Positions 1-10,096 are shown, counted from the first letter of the stretch. The stretch is DNA of 64,000 nt from an uncultured Chitinophagaceae bacterium (GCA_964600785.1 CAZRKH010000048.1:7926-71925); one strand, 5' to 3'. Notes: generated from the sequence alone by a model not told the origin. Translations and numbers: made by a program.

Positions 1-2
1 TC

Positions 3-170
3 GGCGAGCGGTTTCGCTGGCCCGCGAGCCACACGCTCCTGGTGGGCCTGGGGATCGTGCCCTGGCCGGTCCCCGAGCCCTCCGCGGGATCGCCCGCGCT
101 GCTGCCCTCCACCGCCCGGCGGATGGACGTGGTCGTCGTCGTCGAGCCGCGGCTCTCCGCCGCCCCTTGA
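3..170 (+). CDS. 3' end of an unidentified gene (partial, continues upstream of the window)
   Basis: Open frame from the window edge to TGA at 168-170, with strongly G/C-biased third positions (…GERFRWPASHTLLVGLGIVPWPVPEPSAGSPALL…VVVVVEPRLSAAP*). It is too short for the ORF track. No family recognised. Confidence 0.35.
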   Translation, partial: GERFRWPASHTLLVGLGIVPWPVPEPSAGSPALLPSTARRMDVVVVVEPRLSAAP

Positions 171-242
171 GCCGGTATACTCCGCGGATTCGCAGCAATC
201 GATGCTGCGAGCGAGGAAACCGTACACCGAGGAACCGGGTGC

Positions 243-1556
243 ATGAGCGCGGGATCGCGGCGGGTCGTTGTCACAGGCATCGGATTGATCACGCCGCTGG
301 GCCTCGACCCTGAGTCGCTCTGGGAGGGGCTCGTTTCCGGCACGAGCGGCGTCGGTCCGATCACCCAGTTTCCGACCGACGGGCTGCCGATCACCCACGC
401 CGCCGAAGCCTCCGGGTTCACCGGTGACATCGCCGACTTCGGGCCGCTGACGCCACCGGTCAAAAAGGCGATCCGCAAGGGCCAGAAGGTGATGTGCCGC
501 GAGAGCCAGATGGCCGTCGCCGCCGCCCAGCGTGCGATCAGCGATGCGGGGCTCGTCGAGGCGGGGGTCGATCCCCGCCGCATCGGCTGCGTGTTCGGCT
601 CGGACTACATGCTCACCCTTCCCGACGACTTCACCGCGAGCGTGGCCGCCTGCCGCGGCGACGACGGAGCGTTTGACTACGATCGCTGGGCGAGCGACGG
701 GATGCCGCTGCTGGCACCCTTGTGGCTGCTGAAATACCTGCCCAACATGCCGGCGAGCCACATCGCGATTTACAACGACCTTCAGGGGCCGAGCAACTCG
801 CTGACGCTCCGCGAGGCGAGCGGCCACGTGGCCGTGGGCGAGGCGGCCGTCACGATCCAGAGGGGATCGGCCGACGTGATGCTCGCCGGATCGACCGGCA
901 CGCGGATCCATCCGATGAAGACCGTGCACGCGCTGCTCTGCGAGGAGGTGGCCACCGGCGAGGGCGACCCGACCGGCTTCAGCCGGCCCTTCGACCGCGA
1001 CCGCCACGGCATGGTGCTCGGTGAGGGGGCTGCGGTGTTCGTGCTGGAGGAACTCGAGCATGCCCGCAAGCGATCCGCGACGATCCACGCCGAGGTGATC
1101 GGCCATGCGTCACGAACCGCCGCCGACCGCCGCGGCGGCGATCCCGCACGGGCGATGGGGCTGGCGATGCGGGCCGCGTTGGCGATGGCCTCGCTGCAGG
1201 CCGCTGATCTGGGGCATCTCCATGCCCGTGGTCTGGGCACGACCGTTGGCGATCGAGAGGATGCCGCCGCCGCGTCCGCCGCCTTGGGTGATCGCGCAGG
1301 GAAGGTTCCCGCCGTGGCGGCCAAGGGACATTTCGGCAACCTCGGCGGAGCCTCGGGGCTGGTGGAACTCGCGGCAAGCGTGCTGGCGATGCGGCACGGG
1401 GAACTGTTTGCGGTTCGCAACTTCGAAACGCCCGACCCCGACTGTCCCTTGGCGGTCGCCCGTGGCGGCGAGCCGGCAGGCACCAGCTGTCTCTCGGTTG
1501 CGACGACACCCCAGGGCCAGGCCGCGGCGGTCGCCCTGCGGGCAGTCGATGGCTGA
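243..1556 (+). CDS. FabF/KAS-II-like thiolase-fold condensing-enzyme homolog with the catalytic triad apparently replaced (pseudo-ketosynthase)
   Basis: 437-aa ORF. The N-terminus RRVVVTGIGLITPLG and the overall order of blocks match beta-ketoacyl-ACP synthase II. By-eye alignment puts Glu at the nucleophile Cys (GPSNSLTLREASG vs FabF GPSISIATACTSG) and Arg at the second His (HLHARGLGTT vs YVNAHGTSTP). Confidence 0.75.
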   Translation: MSAGSRRVVVTGIGLITPLGLDPESLWEGLVSGTSGVGPITQFPTDGLPITHAAEASGFTGDIADFGPLTPPVKKAIRKGQKVMCRESQMAVAAAQRAISDAGLVEAGVDPRRIGCVFGSDYMLTLPDDFTASVAACRGDDGAFDYDRWASDGMPLLAPLWLLKYLPNMPASHIAIYNDLQGPSNSLTLREASGHVAVGEAAVTIQRGSADVMLAGSTGTRIHPMKTVHALLCEEVATGEGDPTGFSRPFDRDRHGMVLGEGAAVFVLEELEHARKRSATIHAEVIGHASRTAADRRGGDPARAMGLAMRAALAMASLQAADLGHLHARGLGTTVGDREDAAAASAALGDRAGKVPAVAAKGHFGNLGGASGLVELAASVLAMRHGELFAVRNFETPDPDCPLAVARGGEPAGTSCLSVATTPQGQAAAVALRAVDG

Positions 1557-1817
1557 CGAACCGGCCCGGGGGGGATCGTGGCCTGCGGCGGCGAAATCTT
1601 CCTGCCAGGGCTGCGTGGCTTGACAATCGTCGTCGGCCGGCCGTACCGTGCGTGATTCACGCGTCGAACGAGGATCGGGCAGAGCCGCCGATGGCGGCGG
1701 AGATTCGCGAGCTTGGGGGCTTCCCGAGGGAAGCCGCTCGGCGACCATGTCGTATGTGGCGTCGGCTGAGCCGATACGCCCGTCCCGTGCGATGCCCGAT
1801 TGCTGCACGGGAGCGCC

Positions 1818-3173
1818 ATGAAGCCCGATGAAATCCTGCGTATCGTCGACGCGATCCATCGCGACAAAAACATCGACAAGGAGATCGTCTTCCAGGCGAT
1901 CGAGCAGGCGCTGATCACAGCCCTCGCCCGTCAGTATGGCGAGGAGTCGGTGATCGAGATCGTGATCGACCGCGAAACCGGCGGGGTCAGCGGTCGTCAT
2001 GATGGTATCGAGATCGATACCGAGGAACTGACCGGGCGGATCGGGGCTCAGACCGCCAAGCAGGTCATCATCCAGAAGATTCGCGAGGCGGAACGCGACG
2101 CGATTCACGACGAGTTCGAGGAGCAGGTGGGGTTCATGATCTCCGGCGTCGTGACCCGCCACGAAGGGGCGACGGCCACCGTTTCCCTCGGCGGCACCGA
2201 GGCGATCCTGCCCCGCAGCGAGCAGATCCCCGGCGAGACCTACCACCCCAACGAGCGAATTCGGGCCACGATTTTCGAGGTCCGCAAGGTCGGTAGTCGC
2301 GTCAAGATCATCCTCTCGCGGATCAGGCCGCAACTGGTCCAGCGTCTGTTTGAGCAGGAGATTCCGGAGATCGCCGACGGGGTGATCGAGATCCGGGCGA
2401 TCGCCCGCGAGCCCGGCTACCGCAGCAAGGTGGCGGTGCTCAGCTCCGATGCGAGGGTCGACTGCGTGGGGGCCTGCGTGGGCGTTCGCGGCAACCGTAT
2501 CAAGAATATCGTCGAGGAACTCGGTGGTGAGCGGATCGACATTGTCCGCTGGAGCGACGACCTGCAGGTGCTCGTGCCCAACGCCCTGCAGCCCGCAGAG
2601 GTCGACGAGGTGATTCTCTGCCAGATGCTCGGCCGCGGGATCGTGCTGGTTCGGGAGGACCAGCTCTCCCTCGCGATCGGACGCCGCGGGCAGAACGTGC
2701 GGCTCGCCAGCAAGCTCTGCGGCTGGGACATCGAGATCATGACCCAGGAGGAACTCGACCAGCAGATCGAGCGGGCGACCGCGGGATTCTCTTCAATCGA
2801 GGGCCTCGATGAATCGCTCGCCGAGCGGCTCGTGGGCGAGGGCTTCCTCTCCTACGACGATCTGTCGGTGATCGAGCCGGACGACCTGATGGAGATGGGC
2901 GGGCTCAGCGAGGAGGCCGTGGAGAAGATCGTGGCGGTGGCTGAGGAACGGGCAGCGATCGCCGAGGAGGCGGCCGCCGACCAGCGGCGACGCCAGCGAG
3001 AGCAGGAGCGGCTCGAGGCGGCCGAGGCCGACGCGGCCGGCGGCGAGGCCACGGCGGGGGGAGGGGGGGGGGGCGGAGGGGGAGCCGATGGCCGACGCAG
3101 AGGCAGCCGGGGCCGATGCGGCTGCGGCGGGGGCCGAAGGGGCTTCACCGCAGGTGGAGCCTGCCGACCCTGA
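1818..3173 (+). CDS. nusA: Transcription termination/antitermination factor NusA
   Basis: N-terminus [32 protein letters not shown], plus KH motifs [26 protein letters not shown] and [25 protein letters not shown] at 1818 is preferred over TTG at 1800. The 3' end is uncertain because of the G11 tract at 3063-3073. Confidence 0.9.
   Translation: MKPDEILRIVDAIHRDKNIDKEIVFQAIEQALITALARQYGEESVIEIVIDRETGGVSGRHDGIEIDTEELTGRIGAQTAKQVIIQKIREAERDAIHDEFEEQVGFMISGVVTRHEGATATVSLGGTEAILPRSEQIPGETYHPNERIRATIFEVRKVGSRVKIILSRIRPQLVQRLFEQEIPEIADGVIEIRAIAREPGYRSKVAVLSSDARVDCVGACVGVRGNRIKNIVEELGGERIDIVRWSDDLQVLVPNALQPAEVDEVILCQMLGRGIVLVREDQLSLAIGRRGQNVRLASKLCGWDIEIMTQEELDQQIERATAGFSSIEGLDESLAERLVGEGFLSYDDLSVIEPDDLMEMGGLSEEAVEKIVAVAEERAAIAEEAAADQRRRQREQERLEAAEADAAGGEATAGGGGGGGGGADGRRRGSRGRCGCGGGRRGFTAGGACRP
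3063..3073. repeat. G11 homopolymer inside the nusA 3' end
   Basis: Direct reading: ggggg-g-a-ggggggggggg-c. In the annotated frame it encodes a poly-Gly run. Confidence 0.95.
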
Positions 3174-3491
3174 GAACCCGGGCTGAGGCAATTGACGGAC
3201 AGGTTCGATTTTTCGAGGACGACGATGGTACAATCAACTCACGGAGGCGGACGTCCGCCAAGCACTCCCGGTCAGGTGACGAGATGAGCGACGTGACGAC
3301 GGTGTCACCGTGGTGACATCCCGCCGCAACGCTGAAGCATCGATCGCATGGTCGCCGGTATCCCCGGAACCACGGTGGATTGGCCGTTACCCGGCAGGGG
3401 GTAGCGACTTCCGCGTCGCCGGTTTCGTGCTCGGGCAGTCGGATTCGCGAGGTAAGAGGCCCGTCCGGAGACGTGGCGGGAAAGGTTTCGA

Positions 3492-6092
3492 GTGGCAGTA
3501 CGAATCTATACGCTGGCGAAGGAACTCAAGCTCGACAGCAAAGAGCTCGTGGAGTTGTGTGCCCGTGCAGGCATTCAAGACAAGGGTTCGGCCCTCGCAA
3601 GCCTGAGTGACGACGAGGTCGCGAAGCTCAGGGAATTCATGGCGGCGAAGTCGCGGCCGGCCGAACGGGCGGCACCCGCGGCCCCTGCCCGACCCGCGGC
3701 GGCGGGTGCGCTGCGGAAGGAAGATTACATCGCTCCAACCGGCGTGACCGGCCAGCCCGATGCGGCGGCTCCCAAGCCCAAGCCGGCCGCCGTCGATTCC
3801 GAAAAACCCAAGGCCAAGCCGACTCTCAAGCCAAAGACGACCGGCTCCAAGCCGGCGCCGCGACCGGCCTTCAAGCTGGCGCCGATGGCGGCTTCGAAGC
3901 CCCCCGTGGCCCGCAAGTCGCAGGAGCCGGCACCGCAGAAGCCCGACGTCAAGCTCCCCCTCGACGCGATTCGCAGCGCGAAAGCCGGTGGGGCCAAGCC
4001 GCTCGCCGAGCACATGCGAAAGCAGGAGCAGAGGCAGTCGGGTGGCCGCTCTGGCCAGCCTGCCGGCGGACTCGGCGGGCCGGGCGAGATGCCGGTGCCG
4101 CCGCTGATGGAGCCGGGCGGTCGACTGCGGCGGTCACCGCACAAGGGCTCCAATCGCCCCGCCGACGATCTCCTTGGCGGCCGTGAGGTGCGGCAGCTCG
4201 CCCGTAAGCGGGTCACCGAGCGGCGGCGGATGGGTGACGACGACGAACGGATGCTCCGCCGCCGGCGTCCGTCGCGGCAGCGAAAGAGCGTCTCCACCGC
4301 CGCGCCCCGCAAAACGACCGCCTCGATCCAGGTTCCCTGCACGGTGCGAGCCTTCTCCGAGGCGATCGGTCTCGCCGCGAGCGAGGTGCTGCGAAAGCTG
4401 CTCGGCTTCGGCCTCGATGCGATTCCCAACATGACCACCTCCCTCGATCGTGACACCGTCGAGCTGCTGGCGGCGGAATTGGGCGTCGAGCTGAACATCA
4501 AGACGGTGGAGGATCTCGAGCAGGAACTGCTCTCCGAGTTCGAGGCGGCCGACGAGGATCCCTCGCTGCGGGTGCCGCGGCCGCCGGTGGTCACGTTCCT
4601 GGGCCACGTCGACCACGGCAAGACTTCGCTCCTCGACCGGATCCTCGGCAGCGAGGTCGTGAAGCGGGAGAGCGGCGGGATCACCCAGCACATGCGGGCC
4701 TACACGATCGACCGCAACGGCAACGACATCACCTTCGTCGACACGCCCGGCCACGAGGCATTTACGCAGATGCGGGCCCGCGGGGCGAATGTCACCGACT
4801 GCGCGGTGATCGTGATCGCGGCCGATGACGGGCTGATGCCGCAGACCGAGGAGGCGATCAGCCACGCCCGGGCCGCCGAGGTGCCGCTGGTGGTCTGCAT
4901 CAACAAGATCGACCTGCCCGGGGCCGATGTCGACCGCATCTACCAGCAGCTCGCCTCCAACGACCTGCTGCCCACCGAGTGGGGCGGCGACACCGAGGTG
5001 GTCAAGACCAGCGCCCTCACCGGCGAGGGCATCGATGCCCTGCTCGACACGCTGCTCACGATTGCCGAGCTTCACGACCTGCGAGCCAACCCCGAGCGGG
5101 CGGCGGCGGGGGTCTGTCTCGACGCCTCGGTCCACGAGGGCCGCGGGATCGTGGCCTGCCTGCTGGTGCAGAAGGGAACGCTCCACGTCGGCGACGCGGT
5201 CGTCTGCGGTGAGGCGAGCGGGCATGTCAAGTCGATGACCGATACGCTCCAAGCTCGTCGCAAGATCAAGGGGGCCGGCCCCTCCCACCCCGTCTACGTG
5301 ACCGGCCTCGACGTCGCTCCCGGGCCGGGCGAGCGGTTCCATGTCGTCGACGAGATCGCCAAGGCCCGCGAGGTCGCCGAGAAGCGAACCGGGCTGCGGC
5401 GGCAGACCCACCTTGCAAAGACGCCGGTGCACGTGACCCTGGAGAATCTCCACGACCGGCTGGGGATCGAGAAGACGCCCACGCTCAACCTGATCCTGCG
5501 GGCGGATGTCCGCGGTTCGATCGAGGCGATCCTCAAGGAACTGGAGAAGCTCGAGCATCCCGAGGTGGCGATCCGCGTGCTGCAATCGACGGTGGGAGGC
5601 ATTACCGAGGCCGACGTGGCTCTTGCCGATGCCTCTGATGCGGTGATCATCGGCTTCCATGTCGCTCCCGACGAGCGGGCCCGCTCGCTTGCCGAGGAAC
5701 GCGGCGTGCAGATTCGCCGTTATGACATCATCTACCAGGTCACCGACGACCTGCGGGACGCCCTCGAGGGCATGCTCTCGCCGGAGAAACGGGAAACGGA
5801 ACTCGGCCGGGCGTTGGTGCAGCGGACCTTCTCGATCAGCCGGCTTGGCGTGATCGCCGGCTGCCGCGTGATCGGGGGCGTGATCGCCCGCAACGCCCGG
5901 ATCCGCGTGCTCCGCGACAGCGTGGTGATCGGCGATTATCCGATCGATTCACTCCGCCGCGAGAAGGACGACACCCGCGAGGTGCGGGACGGCCTGGAGT
6001 GCGGAATCAAACTCGCCGGCTTCAACGACGTGAAGGAGGCGGACATCCTCGAGTGCTACCGCATCGAGGAGGTCGCGAGAACGCTTTCGTGA
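3492..6092 (+). CDS. infB: Translation initiation factor IF-2
   Basis: GTG start preceded by GGAAAGG. N-terminus [21 protein letters not shown]. GTPase motifs [20 protein letters not shown] and NKID. Confidence 0.97.
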   Translation: MAVRIYTLAKELKLDSKELVELCARAGIQDKGSALASLSDDEVAKLREFMAAKSRPAERAAPAAPARPAAAGALRKEDYIAPTGVTGQPDAAAPKPKPAAVDSEKPKAKPTLKPKTTGSKPAPRPAFKLAPMAASKPPVARKSQEPAPQKPDVKLPLDAIRSAKAGGAKPLAEHMRKQEQRQSGGRSGQPAGGLGGPGEMPVPPLMEPGGRLRRSPHKGSNRPADDLLGGREVRQLARKRVTERRRMGDDDERMLRRRRPSRQRKSVSTAAPRKTTASIQVPCTVRAFSEAIGLAASEVLRKLLGFGLDAIPNMTTSLDRDTVELLAAELGVELNIKTVEDLEQELLSEFEAADEDPSLRVPRPPVVTFLGHVDHGKTSLLDRILGSEVVKRESGGITQHMRAYTIDRNGNDITFVDTPGHEAFTQMRARGANVTDCAVIVIAADDGLMPQTEEAISHARAAEVPLVVCINKIDLPGADVDRIYQQLASNDLLPTEWGGDTEVVKTSALTGEGIDALLDTLLTIAELHDLRANPERAAAGVCLDASVHEGRGIVACLLVQKGTLHVGDAVVCGEASGHVKSMTDTLQARRKIKGAGPSHPVYVTGLDVAPGPGERFHVVDEIAKAREVAEKRTGLRRQTHLAKTPVHVTLENLHDRLGIEKTPTLNLILRADVRGSIEAILKELEKLEHPEVAIRVLQSTVGGITEADVALADASDAVIIGFHVAPDERARSLAEERGVQIRRYDIIYQVTDDLRDALEGMLSPEKRETELGRALVQRTFSISRLGVIAGCRVIGGVIARNARIRVLRDSVVIGDYPIDSLRREKDDTREVRDGLECGIKLAGFNDVKEADILECYRIEEVARTLS

Positions 6093-6502
6093 GCACCCGA
6101 AGACTCCTCAAGGCTGCCGAGGCCGTCCGCGAGGTGGTGAGCATGGCGATTCTCACCAGCGTGCGGGATCCCCGCGTGCGGGATGTGACCGTGACGCGGG
6201 TCGAGATGGCCCCCGACATGCGTTCGGCCAAGGTCTACGTCTCGGTGATGGGCAGCCCGGCGAAGGCGGAACTGGCCCTGCGGGGCCTGGCACACTCGGC
6301 CGGCTTCCTGCAGTCGCGGATTGCCGACTCGATCGAGACACGGTATGTCCCGAGACTGCACTTCAGTCTCGATCCGGGCGTCAAGCAGTCGCTCGAAATC
6401 GATCGCGTTCTGCGGGAGGTGCTGCCCGCGGATGCCGATCCCACCGGCAACGACGATGGCGAGGCACCGCTTGCGGCCGAGCGGCCGCCGGGGCCCGCCT
6501 GA
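6089..6502 (+). CDS. rbfA: Ribosome-binding factor A
   Basis: Core AEAVREVVSMAILTSVRDPRVRDVTVTRVEMAPDMRSAKVYVSV is typical of RbfA. The GTG at 6089 overlaps the infB stop (GTGA). The longer track ORF from 5999 lies inside infB. Confidence 0.88.
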   Translation: MSTRRLLKAAEAVREVVSMAILTSVRDPRVRDVTVTRVEMAPDMRSAKVYVSVMGSPAKAELALRGLAHSAGFLQSRIADSIETRYVPRLHFSLDPGVKQSLEIDRVLREVLPADADPTGNDDGEAPLAAERPPGPA

Positions 6503-6526
6503 AAGAAACGTTCCCCAGGAAGACGC

Positions 6527-7699
6527 ATGGCCACTTCAAACCGCACGCAACTGCTCAACAAACTGCAGAAAGTTCTCAAGCAGCATTACAAGCCTGTCTC
6601 GCCCGATACGGCCCGGCCCGTGCTCGAACAGGTGCTCTTTGCCTGTTGCCTCGAAAACGCGGCCTACGACCTCGCCGAGAAGGCCTTCTCGCGGCTCGGT
6701 GAAAACTACTTCGATCTCAACGAGGTGCGGGTCACCACGGTGGCCGAACTCGCCGAAACGCTCTCGCCCCTGCCCGATCCGCCGCGGGCGGCCCTTTCGC
6801 TGCGGCGGGCTCTGCAGAGCATCTTCGAATCGACCTACAGCTTTTCGCTCGAGCATGCCCGCAAGCACTCCATCGCCCATGGCATCAAGACCCTCGAGAG
6901 CCTCAAGGGCATCCCGCCGTTCGTCGTCTCCCACGTGGTCTCGACCGGTCTGGGGGGGCACACGATCCCGCTCGACGACGGGGCCCTCGCCGTCTTGTGG
7001 CTGACCGGGCTGATCACCGACGAGGAGTACGACGCCCGCTCGGTCCCCTGGATCGACCGGGCAATCCCGAAGAAGGCGGGTCGCGAGTTCAGTTCTTTGC
7101 TGCACCAGCTCGGGGCCGACCTGATGCGAAACGTGCACTCCCCCGCGGTCCGCAAGATGATCCTGGCGGTCGATCCCGCGGCCAAGGATCGCCTTCCCAA
7201 GCGGGGCGAGGCTCTGCCGCCGCCGAGCCCAGCCGTGGGCGGCGAGGATCCGCGGCGGACGCCCTCGGAGGAGCATCGTCCGGCCGGTCCCCAGGCCGCC
7301 GCGCGGCCGGTCGGCAAGACACCGATGCCGCCGCCGGGCTCCGGTCCCAAGCGCGACGGCAAGCCGGGGGGCAAGTCGGGGCCCAAGCCGTTCGTCGTCA
7401 AGCCGAACATCGGCAAGCCGCTGACGATCAAACCGGAGCTCGCCCGCCCGGCTCCGGCGGAGCCGGCCAAGCCTGCGGCGAAGCCGAAGTCAAAATCGAC
7501 GCCGGCTGCCGACAAGAAGGCCGCTGCCAAGAAGGCTTCCTCGTCGAAGCGGGCAGCGAAGCCGGCCGCACCCGGCAAGGCTTCCAAGGCCAAGCCGGCC
7601 AAGCGAGCGGCCGACTCCACGAAGTCGAAGGCTCCCGCCGGCAAGCCCCGCCCGCCGCGGAGCTCCACCAAACAGCTCACCAAACGAAAGCCGAAGTAG
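6527..7699 (+). CDS. Endonuclease-III/HhH-GPD-like domain protein with a long Lys/Ala/Pro-rich histone-H1-like C-terminal tail
   Basis: Residues ~30-200 align by eye with the Nth helix-hairpin-helix region (LKGIPPFVVSHVVSTGLGGHTIPLDDGALAVL vs [31 protein letters not shown]). The last ~170 aa are KPAAKPKSKSTPAADKKAAAKKASSSKRAAKPAAPGKASKAKPAKR-type low complexity. Confidence 0.7.
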   Translation: MATSNRTQLLNKLQKVLKQHYKPVSPDTARPVLEQVLFACCLENAAYDLAEKAFSRLGENYFDLNEVRVTTVAELAETLSPLPDPPRAALSLRRALQSIFESTYSFSLEHARKHSIAHGIKTLESLKGIPPFVVSHVVSTGLGGHTIPLDDGALAVLWLTGLITDEEYDARSVPWIDRAIPKKAGREFSSLLHQLGADLMRNVHSPAVRKMILAVDPAAKDRLPKRGEALPPPSPAVGGEDPRRTPSEEHRPAGPQAAARPVGKTPMPPPGSGPKRDGKPGGKSGPKPFVVKPNIGKPLTIKPELARPAPAEPAKPAAKPKSKSTPAADKKAAAKKASSSKRAAKPAAPGKASKAKPAKRAADSTKSKAPAGKPRPPRSSTKQLTKRKPK

Positions 7700-7724
7700 C
7701 AGTCGTTTCGGCGAGGAGCAGGCC

Positions 7725-8483
7725 ATGGCTGGACATTCCCACTGGGCCAACATCGCCCGCAAGAAGGCGGTCGTCGACGCCAAGCGGGGCAAGCTGTGGA
7801 GCAAGCTCGCCAAGGCGATCATCGTGGCCGCCAAGCATGGCGGAGGCGACCCCGACGCCAACCTGCGGCTGCGATACGCGATCGATGCGGCGAAGGCCGT
7901 GAGCATGCCGAAGGAGAACATCACCCGCGCGATCAAGGCGGGCACCGGAGAGCTCAAAGGTGGCAATCTCGAGGAGAGTCTCTACGAGGGCTATGCCGCC
8001 GGGGGCGTGGCCGTGCTCTGTGAGATTCTGACCGACAACCGCAACCGCACCGCCCCGGAGATCCGCAAGATCTTCGAGCTTTGCGACGGCAAACTCGGGG
8101 CGAGTGGCTGCGTGGGCTGGATGTTCGAGCGACGCGGCGTGGTGCGGGTGCCGCGGGATGCCTGCGGTGAGGATCGGCTCGTCGAACTGGCCCTCGAGGC
8201 CGGGGCGGAGGATGTCACAGCGGCCGACGACTGCTGGGAGATTCGCTGTGAGCCGGGGGCCACCAGCGGAGTCGTCGAGGCCGTCAGGGCCGCCGGCCTG
8301 CGGGTCGAATCGAGCGAGATCATTCGCGAGCCGAGCACGACCGTGGATGTCGAGAATCTTGAAGACGCCCGCAAGGTGCTGCAGCTGATGGAGCGTCTCG
8401 ACGAGCACGACGACGTGCAGGCCGTCGCGGCGAATTTCAATATCCCCGACGAGTCGATGGCCGAGATCGAGGGCTCGGGCTGA
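7725..8483 (+). CDS. yebC: YebC/PmpR-family transcriptional regulator
   Basis: MAGHSHWANIARKKAVVDAKRGKLWSKLAKAI…DANLRLRYAIDAAKAVSMPKENITRAIKAG is the canonical YebC N-terminus. Confidence 0.93.
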   Translation: MAGHSHWANIARKKAVVDAKRGKLWSKLAKAIIVAAKHGGGDPDANLRLRYAIDAAKAVSMPKENITRAIKAGTGELKGGNLEESLYEGYAAGGVAVLCEILTDNRNRTAPEIRKIFELCDGKLGASGCVGWMFERRGVVRVPRDACGEDRLVELALEAGAEDVTAADDCWEIRCEPGATSGVVEAVRAAGLRVESSEIIREPSTTVDVENLEDARKVLQLMERLDEHDDVQAVAANFNIPDESMAEIEGSG

Positions 8484-8500
8484 CTGGCCCGCACGGCATC

Positions 8501-8516
8501 AGCCCGCCTGCGGGCT
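8501..8516. terminator. Short GC palindrome between convergent yebC and the cytochrome gene
   Basis: AGCCCGC-CT-GCGGGCT read directly. There is no clear U-tract and it touches the cytochrome stop codon. Confidence 0.25.
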
Positions 8517-10096
8517 CACTCGTCCGTCTCGGAATGGGCGACCGAGGGCCAGTATTCCTCGAAGTCAAACTCGGGGCTGTTGTCGAGGTCGTGGCATTCC
8601 AGGCAGTTGTTGATCGTCCGCTGCCGGCCCTCGGGAGTGTCGATCGTCATCGCCAGTTCGGCCCGCAGACGGTCGCGTTCGACCTCTTTGACCTCGACCT
8701 CGCCGAGCTCCACCGCCACATGGTCGGCCGCCGGCCCGTGGCAGTTCTCACAGCCCTGATGGACCAGCTGGGGCGTTGCCTCGCGGCTCACAAAGCCCCC
8801 GTCGTAGGGCTCGAACTTCTGCGGCGCCCAGCCGACGACGTGGCAGGAGAGGCACTCAGGATCGTGGTCCCGCCGTGGGTCGGCCTGCTCGAGGGTGTCG
8901 AGGGCGGTCGCATGCGGGGTCTGCTCCCAGACCTCGTAGGCGTAGTCGTGGCAGTCGGCGCAGGCCTCGCTGCCGGCAAAACGGCGGCCGGTCGGGTGCC
9001 GGACGGGGGCCAGTTCCAGCCCCTTGGGCCCGAGCGTCTCCAATTGCACCTGGTAGCTCCCCAGCAGGCGGATCATGTCGGCCGATTCACCCCAGCGGGC
9101 ATCCAGCGGCACCCGCTGCACCCGGATTGGCTGCCGCTGGTCGTCGAAAAATCCGACGACCACCGCGTACATCCCCTTGTGGCCAAGCTCGAGCAGCCGC
9201 CGCCTGCCACCCTCCAGGGCCTGGGGTACCATGGGGGGTTCGTCGGCGCCCCCGGCGGTGGCCACCAGGTCGAACCGCGCGAAGCGGTCGGCGAGTGTGC
9301 GGGTGGCGTCGATCGAGGCCCAACACAGCAGCACCTGGTGGTCGCATTTCGCCGCAGCCAGTCGCGGCTCGACCTCCTCGAGGGCCTTGGCGGCCGACTT
9401 CAGTTCGAGGGAATCGTTGCGGATCGACTCGCCCGCCTCGTCGCCGAGTACGCTCGTGACACCGATCCGCAGGCCGCCCACCTCGACCACGCGAAATCGC
9501 GGTGTGATCCCGGCATCGAGCCCGAGCAGGCCGACGTTGGCGCTCACAAACGGTGTCGGCTCGTCGCCCACCGCCGCCACGGCGGCCACGAGTTCCTCGG
9601 CCGGGAGCCGCAGGTCGTCGGGGCCGAAGCCGACCGCACAATAGTCCATCTCGCGGAGCCCGTCGGCGATCGACTGAAACTTCACTTCCGCCTGCCGACC
9701 GAACCGCCGCACCTGATTGCCGAGATCGAATGCCACGCTCGGCCAGCCGACCGTGGCGAGGGCCCGCAGGAAGTTCTGCCGCCGGCTGAGCCCCCCCTTC
9801 TGGTTCTCCTTGCCGGTGCAGCCGCAGGGCTCGATGTAGCCCTCGAGTTCACCGGTGAACACGATCACCGCGCGAGGCTTTTCCCAGCCCTCGAAAACGG
9901 CACCGTTGCGTCGGCGGTAGGTGTCGGCAAGCAGTTCGGCGGTTTCCGGGCCGCGGTCGGGGATGGCCGACTCGTTCGCCATGGCCCGCGGCGGGCCGCC
10001 TGCCGCAATCGCCGTCACGATCGCCGTCAGGAGCATCGAAATCCGGACGGCCGCGGCCTGCGGGCGTGGCGACAGCATCAGGGCGACGGGCGGCAT
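8516..10096 (-). CDS. Secreted tetrahaem cytochrome c fused to a calcineurin/5'-nucleotidase-like domain
   Basis: ATG at 10096 gives a signal-like N-terminus (MPPVALMLSPRPQAAAVRISMLLTAIVTAIAAGGPPRAMA). The C-terminal third has four CxxCH motifs (CADCH, CLSCH, CENCH, CLECH). The N-terminal part carries GELEGYIEPCGC where metallophosphoesterases have metal ligands. Confidence 0.8.
   Translation of the reverse strand: MPPVALMLSPRPQAAAVRISMLLTAIVTAIAAGGPPRAMANESAIPDRGPETAELLADTYRRRNGAVFEGWEKPRAVIVFTGELEGYIEPCGCTGKENQKGGLSRRQNFLRALATVGWPSVAFDLGNQVRRFGRQAEVKFQSIADGLREMDYCAVGFGPDDLRLPAEELVAAVAAVGDEPTPFVSANVGLLGLDAGITPRFRVVEVGGLRIGVTSVLGDEAGESIRNDSLELKSAAKALEEVEPRLAAAKCDHQVLLCWASIDATRTLADRFARFDLVATAGGADEPPMVPQALEGGRRRLLELGHKGMYAVVVGFFDDQRQPIRVQRVPLDARWGESADMIRLLGSYQVQLETLGPKGLELAPVRHPTGRRFAGSEACADCHDYAYEVWEQTPHATALDTLEQADPRRDHDPECLSCHVVGWAPQKFEPYDGGFVSREATPQLVHQGCENCHGPAADHVAVELGEVEVKEVERDRLRAELAMTIDTPEGRQRTINNCLECHDLDNSPEFDFEEYWPSVAHSETDE

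Noticed and set aside
3187-3491. Structured leader or promoter in the 306-bp nusA-infB spacer: extended -10-like TGGTACAAT at 3226-3234, 14-nt palindrome GGCGGACGTCCGCC at 3246-3259, competing GTGAC/GTCAC pairs at 3276-3317
   Set aside because: The stems are only 5-7 bp, no -35 element accompanies the TACAAT, and no ylxR-like ORF is present. This is too weak to call a regulatory element without transcript mapping.
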